A stretch of 63,992 nucleotides of DNA, the filler included, from Octopus bimaculoides (taxonomy: Eukaryota): NCBI RefSeq assembly GCF_001194135.2. It is 4 parts of 4 records of this genome, joined end to end, with 100 filler letters (N's around TTAATTAATTAA, not from the genome) between each part and the next. Parts side by side here need not be neighbours in the genome. Positions count along the whole stretch, not along the records: positions 36,469 to 61,909 come from NC_068983.1; positions 62,010 to 63,992 come from NC_068986.1; 2 more parts are not named here. The stretch is one strand, 5' to 3'. The position numbers were made by a program, and so were the translations under genes. Of the stretch, positions 53,040-63,992 are shown in pieces (positions within the stretch are counted from its first letter, which is position 1; every line of letters starts with the position of its first letter). The notes beneath the pieces are model-generated. The model worked only from the letters and a program-made list of their open reading frames with translations. It was not told the DNA's origin and did not search any database.

Positions 53040-53440
53040 GGCGCATGCACGGCTGTGTGGTTAAGAATCTTGCTTTGCTACTACGTGGTCTCGTGTTCAG
53101 TCCCACTGTGCGAAATCTTAGGCAATTGTTTTCCACTATAGACCCAGACAGACCAATGTTTTGCGAGTGAAGTTAGTAGACAGAAACTGTATGGAAGCCC
53201 GTTGTGTGTCTGTTTATATATGTATGTGCGTATTTGTGCTTATGTTCGTTCCTCCTTGTCAACAGGCGTTAGTTTGTTTATGTCTCCGTAACTTAGAGGT
53301 TCGGCAAAAGTGACAATAGAATAAGTACCGGCTTTTTAAAATTTTTTTTTTTAATAAATACTAGGGTCGATTTGTATGACTAAACCCGTCAAGGTAGTGC
53401 TCCAGCATGGCCGCAGACCAACGATTGAAACAAATGAAAG
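53040..53440 (+). mobile_element. CORE-like SINE (family B), decayed near-full copy
   Basis: ggctgtgtggttaagaa...gttcagtcccactg...gtaacttagaggttcggcaaaag...ctccagcatggccgcag. Confidence 0.85.
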
Positions 53441-53734
53441 CCTCAAAAGAGTATACTAACAACGGTGACGTCACCGACGAAACCCCTAAATGGTTACTTG
53501 CCGTGCTAGAAATAGTGGCTAAACACACCCTACCGGAAAAGACAGTTGGATAATGTCCTTCGTATCCTTAAACGGATGGGTTGGCTATGACTGTGTTTCC
53601 CTTTGATCATATATATGCTCGTTTAGGATTGAGCAGGGCCAAACAAGAACGACAATAAGATTCTCCCTCGGTTTGGAGGAAAGGGATTTAGTTGTTCGAT
53701 CAACCGAATGATTGGTCGTGAAATTCGTTCCTAC

Positions 53735-53937
53735 TTTAACCACAAAGCACGAAATTTGGGGAGAGGGGGCAGTCGATTTGATCGACCTCAGTACGCAACT
53801 GGTACTTAATTTATCTATCCCGAAAGGATGAAAGGCAAATTCGACCTCGGCGAAATTTGATCTCAGAACGTAACGGCAAGACGAAATACCGTTAAGCATT
53901 TCGCCCGGCGTGTTAACGTTTCTGCCAGCTCGCCGCC
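53735..53937 (-). mobile_element. tRNA-derived SINE (family A, tail type 1)
   Basis: Reverse complement ends ...tttctgccagctcgccgcc. Confidence 0.9.
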
Positions 53938-55235
53938 TTATGTCCTGGTCGTGAAGTTAACATATTAGTGGCTGAGGACTCTGCAGACATTTGCATTCTT
54001 AGCGCAACTGTCCGGCCACATCAGAGTGACGTTTGAATTNNNNNNNNNNNNNNNNNNNNNNNNNNNNNNNNNNNNNNNNNNNNNNNNNNNNNNNNNNNNN
54101 NNNNNNNNNNNNNNNNNNNNNNNNNNNNNNNNNNNNNNNNNNNNNNNNNNNNNNNNNNNNNNNNNNNNNNNNNNNNNNNNNNNNNNNNNNNNNNNNNNNN
54201 NNNNNNNNNNNNNNNNNNNNNNNNNNNNNNNNNNNNNNNNNNNNNNNNNNNNNNNNNNNNNNNNNNNNNNNNNNNNNNNNNNNNNNNNNNNNNNNNNNNN
54301 NNNNNNNNNNNNNNNNNNNNNNNNNNNNNNNNNNNNNNNNNNNNNNNNNNNNNNNNNNNNNNNNNNNNNNNNNNNNNNNNNNNNNNNNNNNNNNNNNNNN
54401 NNNNNNNNNNNNNNNNNNNNNNNNNNNNNNNNNNACCACCACCACCACCACCACTACTACTACTACTACTTCTACTACTACTACTAACATCACCGAAACA
54501 CAGCCGCTACCACTGTCATCACCACCACCATCACAACCACCATCACCACAACCACCATCACCACCACCACCATCATCGTCACTACTACCATCACCGTCAT
54601 CCCCATCACTACCACTACTACAAGAACCACCACCTCTAGTATGAAAACGACAATAGCCACAGATGCTAGTAACGATCATCATTTGGCCGCATTTGATACC
54701 ATACCACACCACCATCACCACCACCGCTGCCACTCCACAAACACCTCCATCAACATCATCAACAACAACAACCATTACCACCACCACCACCATCACAACC
54801 ACAACAGCAACAACAACAGCGCAACCACAAGTAATGTTACTGGCGCGTATGTTAACGATCCGGAAAGATTAGAAGCACAGATCGGCCCAATAGCAATTAT
54901 TCATCCTGTCCGGCAGTTGTCCTTTAATTATAATGTTAAATAGCAGATAAACGTCCGGCGGATAGTGAAATATTTAAATAAATTTTCGTGCACGATCTTT
55001 TCGAATATAGATACGCACCGACATCACAGTAACACGTCGTATCTACATAGATCTGGCAAGAAAAGCAGACAGCCATATTTGAGGAAATCTGAGAGGAGTT
55101 AGGAAGCTTGTGCTACAGCAATACTATGTCTCTATCACGCTTTCCACTATCTATCTATCTATCTATCTCTCTATCTATACGAGCGAATGGGCCTACGAAA
55201 GAAGATGCAGGAGATACATGTATTGTCTATGTTTG

Positions 55236-55311
<76 letters not shown>

Positions 55312-55410
55312 CAGACAGACAGATAGATAGACAGTGATAAATAGATGGATAGATGGATAAATAAATCAAGTTAAAAATTAGTTGAATCCATATATCCCAT
55401 ATATATATAT

Positions 55411-55930
55411 AGATTGCTTACCAGCCACATGGTTCCGGGTTCAGTCCCACTGCATGGCACCTTGAGCAAATATCTTCTACTGTAGCCTCGGGCGGACCAA
55501 AGCCTTGTGAATGGATATGGTAGACGGAAACTGAAAGAAGCTCGTTGTATATATATATATATATATATATNNNNNNNNNNNNNNNNNNNNNNNNNNNNNN
55601 NNNNNNNNNNNNNNNNNNNNNNNNNNNNNNNNNNNNNNNNNNNNNNNNNNNNNNNNNNNNNNNNNNNNNNNNNNNNNNNNNNNNNNNNNNNNNNNNNNNN
55701 NNNNNNNNNNNNNNNNNNNNNNNNNNNNNNNNNNNNNNNNNNNNNNNNNNNNNNNNCCAGCATCGCTTGACAACCTATGCTGGTGTGTTTACGTCCCCGT
55801 CAAAAAGAGAACGATGGAATAAGTACAAAGCTTACAAAGAATAAGTCCTGGGTCGATTTGCTCGACTAAAGGCGGCTGCTCCAGCAAGGCCGCAGTTAAA
55901 TGACTGAAACAAATAAAAGAATAAAAGAAA
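55411..55930 (+). mobile_element. CORE-like SINE (family B) spanning a gap
   Basis: 5' body at 55411-55548, internal (TA)n plus N gap, 3' part catcgcttgacaacc...aatgactgaaacaaataaaagaataaaag. Confidence 0.9.
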
Positions 55931-55934
55931 TTAC

Positions 55935-55977
<43 letters not shown>

Positions 55978-56280
55978 GTTATCATTATTATTATTATTAT
56001 TTTGTTAGCCAACACCCTCACAGACACCCTGATTCAGAGCTACACTTTCTCACTGACTCACTTTCTCACACATTCATTCACGCCTCTTTACTTTCCAATA
56101 TGAAGGGCAATATTTTGGGTGGGGCTTTTGTATTGTTATGTCACTGTCTTTGATTTCTCTTTGTTGTTGTCGCTGTTGTTGTTGTTTTTATTGTTGTTGT
56201 TTTGTCTTTTTTTAATTTCGTATGTCAACATTGCCACATGTTACGGCTGACTTCTATTTCATACTGGTAATATAACGGAG

Positions 56281-56531
56281 TGTGGAGGCGCGTAGCTTAG
56301 TGGTTAGGGTGTCAGCACCATGATCGTAAGATTGTGGTTTCGATTCCTGGACCGGGCGACGCGTTGTGTTCTTGAGCAAAACACTTCATTTCACGTTGCT
56401 TCAGTTCACTCAGCTGGCAAAAATGAGTCACGCTGCCATGGACTGGCGTCCCGTCCTACTGGAAAGCGCATGCGCCATTGAAACCGGGAAACCGGGCCCA
56501 TGAGCCTGGCTAGGCTTTAAAAAGGGCGCAT
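56281..56531 (+). mobile_element. tRNA-derived SINE (family C) with Pol III boxes
   Basis: A box tagcttagtgg (56293-303) and B box ggtttcgattcc (56336-347), followed by the gtgttcttgagcaaaacact domain. Confidence 0.85.
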
Positions 56532-56541
56532 NNNNNNNNNN

Positions 56542-56573
<32 letters not shown>

Positions 56574-57060
56574 CCTATGTTTGTAAATACATACACACAT
56601 AGATTCATACATGCATATAAAATTGGCTGGAGGTGAGGTGGAAGAGAAAGTGTGTGTGTGTGTGTGTGTGTGTTTGAGTTAGGGAGAGAGACAGAGAGCG
56701 TGCGAGGAAGTGTGAGAGAGAACAGTCACTTACGGCAGGTGCGACCATATTTATTATCATCTGCAAGTATGGATGACTGTTAGTGATTCAAGTGCATTCG
56801 GGGTCCTTTCAAAGGTGTCACTTATTTAACATAATAATAACGGAAATGAACAAAGCTGATGCTGATGAGAATCCATAGTTATGCTCTATTCGCCACGGCG
56901 TGTGTTCGTTCGAGCGTTATTGCTCTTGTGTCTAAAGAATGACACACGAGTTACAATTGACTAAAATTTAGTTAACTTTAATTATGGAACGCCAGCTAAG
57001 ACAAAATCGAAATCGTTAACGTCATGGAACATGCATGTGTTAATGTTACAGGTTTTCTCA

Positions 57061-57360
57061 GGCGGCGAACTGGCAGAAATGTTAGCACGCGGGCGAAATG
57101 CTGAGCAGTATTTCGTCTGTCTTTATGTTCTGAGTTCAAATTCCGCCGAGGTCGACTGTGCCTTTCATCCTTTCGGGGTTGATAAATTAAGTACCAGTTA
57201 CGCACTGGGGTCGATACAATCGACTTAATCCATTTGCCTGTCCCGTCTATGTTTAGCCCCCTGTGGGCAATAAAGAAATAAGAAATGCTAGCACTCCGGG
57301 CGAAATGCATAGCGGTATTTCATCTGCCTTTGCGTTCCGAGTACAAATTCCATTGAGGTG
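57061..57360 (+). mobile_element. SINE family A (tail type 2) followed by a truncated second head
   Basis: Full body plus tail gtttagccccctgtgggcaataaagaaata, then gctagcactccgggcgaaatgcatagcggtatttc. Confidence 0.9.
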
Positions 57361-57540
57361 TATTTTACTTGTTTCAGACATTTGACTGTATAAAAACAAA
57401 GTGCATATTAGAATATTCATACATACATACATATNNNNNNNNNNNNNNNNNNNNNNNNNNNNNNNNNNNNNNNNNNNNNNNNNNNNNNNNNNNNNNNNNN
57501 NNNNNNNNNNNNNNNNNNNNNNNNNNNNNNNNNNNNNNAC

Positions 57541-57581
<41 letters not shown>

Positions 57582-58269
57582 CTTATGTATGTGTTTGTCC
57601 CCCCTATCACACTTGACCAACGGTGGTGGTGTGTTTGTGTTTCTGTAATTTAGCGGTTCAGCAATAGTCACGGATAGAATAAGTACTAGTTTCGTTCACC
57701 TTTTGCACTGGATACTTTAAAATCCGGCTTGTCTGAATCAAATTTATCAGAGGATAAAAGCATCACTGAAGCCCGGTGTTATTTTGAGAGCCGAACATAA
57801 CATTCTCGAGAAAAACACGTATCACGTGATTCACAGTTTATCCAATACTATGCTACTTTATCGAAGTCAAAAGTGATACGATTAACATAATGAAACGCGT
57901 CCGAGTGTTACGTTAAAAAAAGAATTAAGTATAAAACGATATCGAAGATGTGATCGAAAGATTTAACATATTAAAATAAGTTCCCTTATGTGGATGGCAT
58001 CTAGCTGTATGTTGCGAATGGTAAACACCTAGAAATCTTGTCACATACAGCGAAAGAATTCAGTAAGTAAATTGCAACGAAATTCGGCTGGGGAAAAATG
58101 GCGCCAGCGTTAGCCTTGAAGAGACTAAATTTAATAATGTTTTCAACCATTTATTGTTATATAAAGAGAGATGTATAGGGAAAAAGTAGTCCAAAACTAG
58201 ATTTGTAAATATTTAAGTATTAATAAAACCTTTTTCTTTGTTTGTGTCTACATCAGTTTAAATAGAACA

Positions 58270-58430
58270 CTAATGGCATCAAGAACACAAGTCTTGGAGA
58301 AACTGCTATAATCATAGACAATGTTCCAATCGAAGATATAATTGTTATATTATCTGAAGGTCTCTTAGGTTCAAGCATCAAAATGGAAACAAAAACATTA
58401 ATAAAACGCGAATTCTTCGCGGCTTCCGCT
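58270..58430 (+). mobile_element. Possible RTE-type RT fragment
   Basis: Reads RTQVLEK..IIIDNVPIEDI, reminiscent of the post-domain-7 KTxVM..IxIDNxxIExV region. Weak match. Confidence 0.3.
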
Positions 58431-58504
58431 ATGGATAATGAAGAGTTTTAACCTAAGCAAAAGATCACGCGGTTGATTTTATTAAGTTCAAATTTTGACA
58501 CAAA

Positions 58505-58680
58505 GCCATCAATCGACCACATGGTATTTGCTTAATCGACCCCGAACTGATGAAAGGCAAAGTCGACCTCGGCGGAATTTGAACTCAGAATGAAATGACG
58601 GACGAAATGCTGCTAAGCATTCTGCCCGGAGTACTAACCATTCTGCCCGGAGTGCTAATCATTCTGCCAGTTAGCCGCCT
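58505..58680 (-). mobile_element. SINE family A with an internal 20-bp tandem duplication
   Basis: cattctgcccggagtactaac / cattctgcccggagtgctaat repeated within the head. Confidence 0.85.
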
Positions 58681-59460
58681 TATGCAGTCGATTATATTAA
58701 CCTTCGTATTTGACCACTGCAAATGATGGAACACCTTCGTGTCAGTTCAGCCTGCTAGAAGTAGCAGCCAAATATCCTTTTTATCGGGAAACGGAAAACA
58801 CATATTGGTTAATACAGTTGAAATTCATACTTCTGAAAGATGATCATGGCTGGAGTACCTTAGTGACGTAGCTAAGCCCTGTTAGCAGGGAAATACAGTA
58901 TAATAATTAAATTAATATACACACTTGAAAGCAATATTAGATTAAAAGCAGTATGTATAAGATTCATAATGAATATAAAAATGTAGAGCCGTAGCAGCTG
59001 AAATATTTTCTAGTCTCAGAGAAACTTTTACGCTAAAAACACAGGGCTTCGCTCAGAACACCACTGGATTACCAGACGCAGCGTTTTAACTTTATTCAAC
59101 CTCTTCAGTAACGAATACTTCGAGGGACACGTAAATGTTATACATACCATTTCAATATAGTAACTTTACAATACAATTCTATAATGATTCCAAGCATAGT
59201 TACATGGACAGAACTTATATTATGTGAAAGGAAGGGATAGTTAATAAAATGTATCCTACTGCTTCGCTGTCACATTATTTTATCGATATTGGAAGACTAA
59301 ACAACAAACTTGACTTCGATACGATTTGAACTCAGAACGTAAATGGCCGTGACTAAATACCTCCAGACGTTGAATTCAATGTTCTTCTAGCTCCGCCATT
59401 CAGCTATTCTACAATATACTACATACTACATTAAGTAATTAAGCTTTTAATGTGTCCTAA

Positions 59461-59478
59461 CGACAATGATGATGCCGT

Positions 59479-59520
<42 letters not shown>

Positions 59521-59555
59521 CGATGACGACGACGACGATGACGATGACGATGATA

Positions 59556-59598
<43 letters not shown>

Positions 59599-59601
59599 CA
59601 G

Positions 59602-59639
<38 letters not shown>

Positions 59640-59657
59640 CTGATGATGCAGATGATG
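59461..59657. repeat. (GAC/GAT)n microsatellite
   Basis: Directly visible. It produces the poly-D/T/M ORFs. Confidence 0.95.
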
Positions 59658-59931
59658 GCGAAGTGTTTAGNNNNNNNNNNNNNNNNNNNNNNNNNNNNNN
59701 NNNNNNNNNNNNNNNNNNNNNNNNNNNNNNNNNNNNNNNNNNNNNNNNNNNNNNNNNNNNNNNNNNNNNNNNNNNNNNNNNNNNNNNNNNNNNNNNNNNN
59801 NNNNNNNNNNNNNNNNNNNNNNNNNNNNNNNNNNNNNNNNNNNNNNNNNNNNNNNNNNNNNNNNNNNNNNNNNNNNNNNNNNNNNNNNNNNNNNNNNNNN
59901 NNNNNNNNNNNNNNNNNNNNNNNNNNNNNNN

Positions 59932-59975
<44 letters not shown>

Positions 59976-60262
59976 ACACACACACACACGCACACACACA
60001 CACACACACAAACGCAAAAAAGTCACACAAACTCACAGAGACAAACAAGCGCTCGTTTAAAACACCCCACTTTCCACAACAGAATTAATTACACCTTCAA
60101 ATATGCCAACAAAAATAACTAGAAATATAGTTGTTGTAGTTGTTGTTGTTGTCCCCGTTGTGTGTCTTGTTGTTGTTGCTTGAAAGGAAAGCAGCGCTGA
60201 TCGAACAGGTCTATGATTCAAGTTCTTCCAACCACGACTATCGCATCTTTGATTTTCACATA

Positions 60263-60497
60263 TATTTATTTCTTTATTGCCCACAGGAGGGATAAACATA
60301 GAGGGGACAAACAAGGACAGTCAAAGGGATTAAGTCGATTACATCGACACCAGTGTGTGACTGGTACTTATTTAATTGGCCCAGAAAGATAAAAGGCAAA
60401 GTCGACATCGGCCGAATTTGAACTCAGAGTATAAAGACAGACGAAATAACGCTATGCATTTTGCCCGGCGTGCTAACGACTCTGTCAGCTCGCCGCT
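60263..60497 (-). mobile_element. SINE family A (tail type 2)
   Basis: Reverse complement of the 57061 copy, including the tatttctttattgcccaca tail. Confidence 0.9.
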
Positions 60498-60743
60498 TTA
60501 TTTTTACATCTATTGTCCCACGCGTCTTCCTGTTCTTTAATCTGTTTTAAGAAGCAAAGAACCGACTACAATTTTCAGTAAGTCCACCGACAGATCACAC
60601 CTACTGGGGTTTAGCACGCAGGTGTGCCTTGAATTTTCAGGGGAAGAGTTTTTCATGCAGTTCAGGAGAGCAGTTGTATTAAATGTCGCAAAGTGTAATG
60701 CATGCAAGCATGTTTATTTTATATACATCAATTTTAATGCTAG

Positions 60744-60800
<57 letters not shown>

Positions 60801-60908
60801 CACACGCGCGCACACACGCGCACACACACACACAAACAAACACATGCACAAACTCACACACACACATGTATGTATACATCTATAGGTATCTACATACATT
60901 TGTATGTG

Positions 60909-60950
<42 letters not shown>

Positions 60951-60956
60951 GAGAGA

Positions 60957-60988
<32 letters not shown>

Positions 60989-61145
60989 AAGAGATAGATA
61001 GATAGACAGATAGAAAAATATACTATACATACATACATGTGTGTATGTATCTGAATATATACATGTACATACACACACACACACATATATATATGTATGT
61101 ATATATGTATTATATATGTATGTATATAAACACTCATACACACAC

Positions 61146-61189
<44 letters not shown>

Positions 61190-61909
61190 GTGTGCGTATG
61201 TATAAATCAAGTGTATGTGTGTGTGTGTGTGTGTGTGTTTCTATACGTACTTGCAAAATCTTGATAGTGTGTCCCAATCTAGTGTCTTATTTAAGGTGCC
61301 GTGAGTCGAAAACAAAACAGAACAAAAAAAAAACAATAAAGAAAATAAAGAAAAAGGAGAAAAAGGTTGAAAATCGTTGAGATACTGTGCTGTTCGTTGC
61401 CTCGATAACACTAAACTTGTAATAATAGGTTATGAGAATAAAAATTGAGAATAGAGTTAATAAGTTGGTGAGGAGACGAGAATATATAGACGTAGAATAT
61501 GTTATTTGTGCAGTGAACCATAGACGCACAAGGGGACGGTGTGTACGTGTGTGTATATATGTGTGTATGTGTGTGTATGCGTGGGGGCTTAATTATGTGT
61601 GTATGTGTGTGAATCTATGGATGAATGATACGGTAAGTGTCAGAAAGAACAAAACATTGGGATATAATTAAAAACAAATAAATCCACTGCACCCCGCAAA
61701 TGTTGTTGAAACGGGTGGAGGAAAGGGTGAAAAGAATTTCTCAACGGGTATTGGTAAGAGAAGGGTAAAGGAGGTCCCTGTAGGGGGTGGGAAACATAAA
61801 AGGTAAGGTAAAGGTGTTTATCGTGATGGTTGTGGTGGAGGTAGTGGCGGCGGCGGTGGTGGTGGTGGTAGTGGTGGTGGTGGTGGAGGGCTTGTATTTA
61901 GTGACGAGA

Positions 61910-62009
61910 NNNNNNNNNNNNNNNNNNNNNNNNNNNNNNNNNNNNNNNNNNNNTTAATTAATTAANNNNNNNNNNNNNNNNNNNNNNNNNNNNNNNNNNN
62001 NNNNNNNNN
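61910..62009. other. Artificial 100-bp scaffold spacer
   Basis: N44 + TTAATTAATTAA + N44. Confidence 0.95.
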
Positions 62010-62124
62010 TAATGTAGAAATATGGTATCGTAGCTACTAACAGTTGAGGGTTGCGTAGTCTAGACGGCGTTTTTTAGATTTCCTTATTCTCTTTAACCCG
62101 GGCAAAGCCGGGTATTTCTGCTAG
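62010..62124 (+). mobile_element. Helitron-like 3' end
   Basis: GC-rich hairpin cccgggcaaagccggg about 9 nt before a terminal CTAG, followed by T of a (TA)n run. Confidence 0.7.
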
Positions 62125-62399
62125 TATATATATATATATAAGCAAATAAGTAACAAGGATGTCCAGGTATCAATGCATTATGGCTATTTCAAGTGACGCC
62201 ATTTAATCGATCAATGAAAACATTACATCAATTTGAAAGAAAGCACTTTCCTCAGTTGCAGACAACCATATAGATTTCCAATATAAAGGATAAACCTTTT
62301 TTTTTTCTTAGCACAAAAATAATTACATTGTTTCCCTTTGCTATGTTTGTGGCAGAATGAATTTAGGGAAAAATGTATATCTAAAGCCTACAATAATTT

Positions 62400-62830
62400 A
62401 GAGAGTAGCAGAGGAAAATAGTGGCGGGTGGTGGTGGTAAAGAAAAGGAATGGTGAGATAGTTAACTTATATTTATCTATAAGATTTTATGAAACATATA
62501 GTCTACAACCCTTTAGAGTTAAATCCATTGGGAGTTGACAGTTAAGTTCCAGTTGATGGTGATAGATTAATTAATGTCAGATACACTCCCTGAACCGTAT
62601 TTTATTGAGATCATATATCTAGCTTCATTGATATAAAAGGATATGTCTCGAAGCTGCTAGTAAGAGTATGAGTGATGAAGAAGAGGTGATAACCAGAAGG
62701 AAGAAGGACAGGGGTGGCTAGTACATATTTAGACTGCCAAATAAAAGGGGGATAAAGTGGAAAAAGAGATCAGAATAAGTTCTAAGGGTGGAAATTAGAA
62801 CCTAGGGTTACAAGGTGTATCATAGCTTAG
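62400..62830 (-). mobile_element. Possible highly decayed Penelope-like RT
   Basis: Only faint motifs (LELIL..F...FYL, ATPV..PS, RY-D, HHSF..HPAT) across many stops and shifts. Confidence 0.25.
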
Positions 62831-63399
62831 CCAATTTAATATATTAAAAATTTAGAAAATAATTTTAGAACACTATAAAGGGAAAAGGATAGATAACTAA
62901 ACTTAAACCTTAAAAATGGGGTTCTTTAATATATAAGAGAAAGTTCATAAGGCCTTTCCTAAGCATATTGATAAGGTGGTCCTGATAAAACTATTCCACA
63001 ATGAATTTATAAGTAAATTAAATTATCATCTGAGTAGGAATACATAGTTTATAATAAATCAAAAACCAGGATAATAATTCTTATTACAGGTGGATAAGTA
63101 TAAAACATCTAAAATATAGAACCGACTGTAAGGAGTAATTAAATTAGAGGTGTGCTAAGTGTATAATAGAGCACAAGCAGAAGTAAAAGCTAAACCAATA
63201 TGGGCATGTACCTATTTGCTGAATATTATAAGATTAAAAGCTAAAAAATAGAATAACTTATATAAAAGAACATTGAAAAAAATTTTTATATAACAATTAC
63301 CAATATTATGAAGAAATGATGAAAGAATATACAAAGGTGTAAAGATACCATATATCACATATATAATATAAAATATATATATTAAAAAATTTATAAAGT

Positions 63400-63904
63400 T
63401 TATGGAAGAACCAGATCATCTTCAACTCAACAAGATGCCTCAGATTGTTCAGGAGCTTCTTTGCCTTCATCAAGCAGTTCTCCTTTGTCCCTTGTGCCTT
63501 TTGTATGGGTGATAGAAAAGGTTCTCATTCAGGGCCGGCTTCATGGGGGTGATTCCAACACCCATCTCTTTCACCAAAGCCGAGATTCCCTTGTTCAGGA
63601 CTTTCATCACCTTGTTCTGCAGTTATTAGATAAATTCTGGAATGCAGACAGAATACTGCCTGCTGTATCCCTTCCTGCTGGCTATAGCATTGTAACTTCC
63701 ATTGTATCTGCCCATGTCATGTCTCTACAGTGTTCATAGAACACTGATCAACAGTCATTTTGATCGCTGGCTTGAATCATCACAATACTGGCAACTCTTT
63801 TCTAATATGCAGATGGCTTTCTGTCCTTCATGTTAGCAATACATCAAGCTGTTCATGAAAAAAGGAGACATAATAAAATTGTTAAATTTAGCCCAAACAC
63901 CCTG
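63400..63904 (-). mobile_element. Truncated maT/DD37D-like Tc1-mariner element, 5' part
   Basis: TA-CAGGGTG terminus at 63904. Minus strand reads ISALVKEMGV..LNENLFYHPYKRHKGQ and TKENCLMKAKKLLNNLRH...MIWFF, typical of maT-type transposases before the first D. Confidence 0.7.
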
Positions 63905-63992
63905 TATATATACGAGCTTCTTTCAGGTTTCATCTACCAAGTTCACTATAGCACTGAGCTCAGAGCCACACAGTATATATATATATATATAT

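Noticed and set aside
53999-54943. Gly/Asp-rich and Pro/Ser/Thr-rich ORFs
   Set aside because: Degenerate (CAC/CAT/TAC)n tract open on both strands, with no splice or domain support.
56281-56355. tRNA gene
   Set aside because: A and B boxes are present, but there is no acceptor stem closure and it continues into a SINE body.
59450-60122. Poly-Asp / poly-Thr ORFs
   Set aside because: Translation of a (GAC/GAT)n microsatellite plus gap.
62130-63400. Mitochondrial insertion (NUMT), suggested by AT-rich strand-skewed composition
   Set aside because: No mitochondrial protein, tRNA or rRNA motif recognised in any frame.

Overview
Eukaryotic, AT-rich, gap-ridden window; repeats and microsatellites dominate. 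The tRNA-derived SINE families and the (TA)n/(CA)n/(GATA)n density look like an octopus genome. That is my recognition of the repeats, not a database result. I found no protein-coding gene I can support. Almost every ORF in the track is microsatellite or N-gap read-through. The real coding signal is decayed transposon sequence: mariner DD34D, Tc1, maT/DD37D-like, R4/Dong RLE-type LINE, RTE LINE, Penelope-like RT and a hAT tail. There are also MITEs, Helitron ends and many SINE copies. One weak candidate exon lies at 13291-13412. The most notable signal is a set of type I hammerhead-ribozyme-like motifs from three unrelated repeat families. They are a head-to-head inverted pair (42103-42204), two copies with a 54-nt insert between the core halves (52135-52215, 39071-39150), and a minimal CUGUUGA variant (50159-50195, decayed copy near 28215). 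They occur in a window that also holds Penelope-like RT remnants. All folds were paired by eye, and no cleavage activity is shown.
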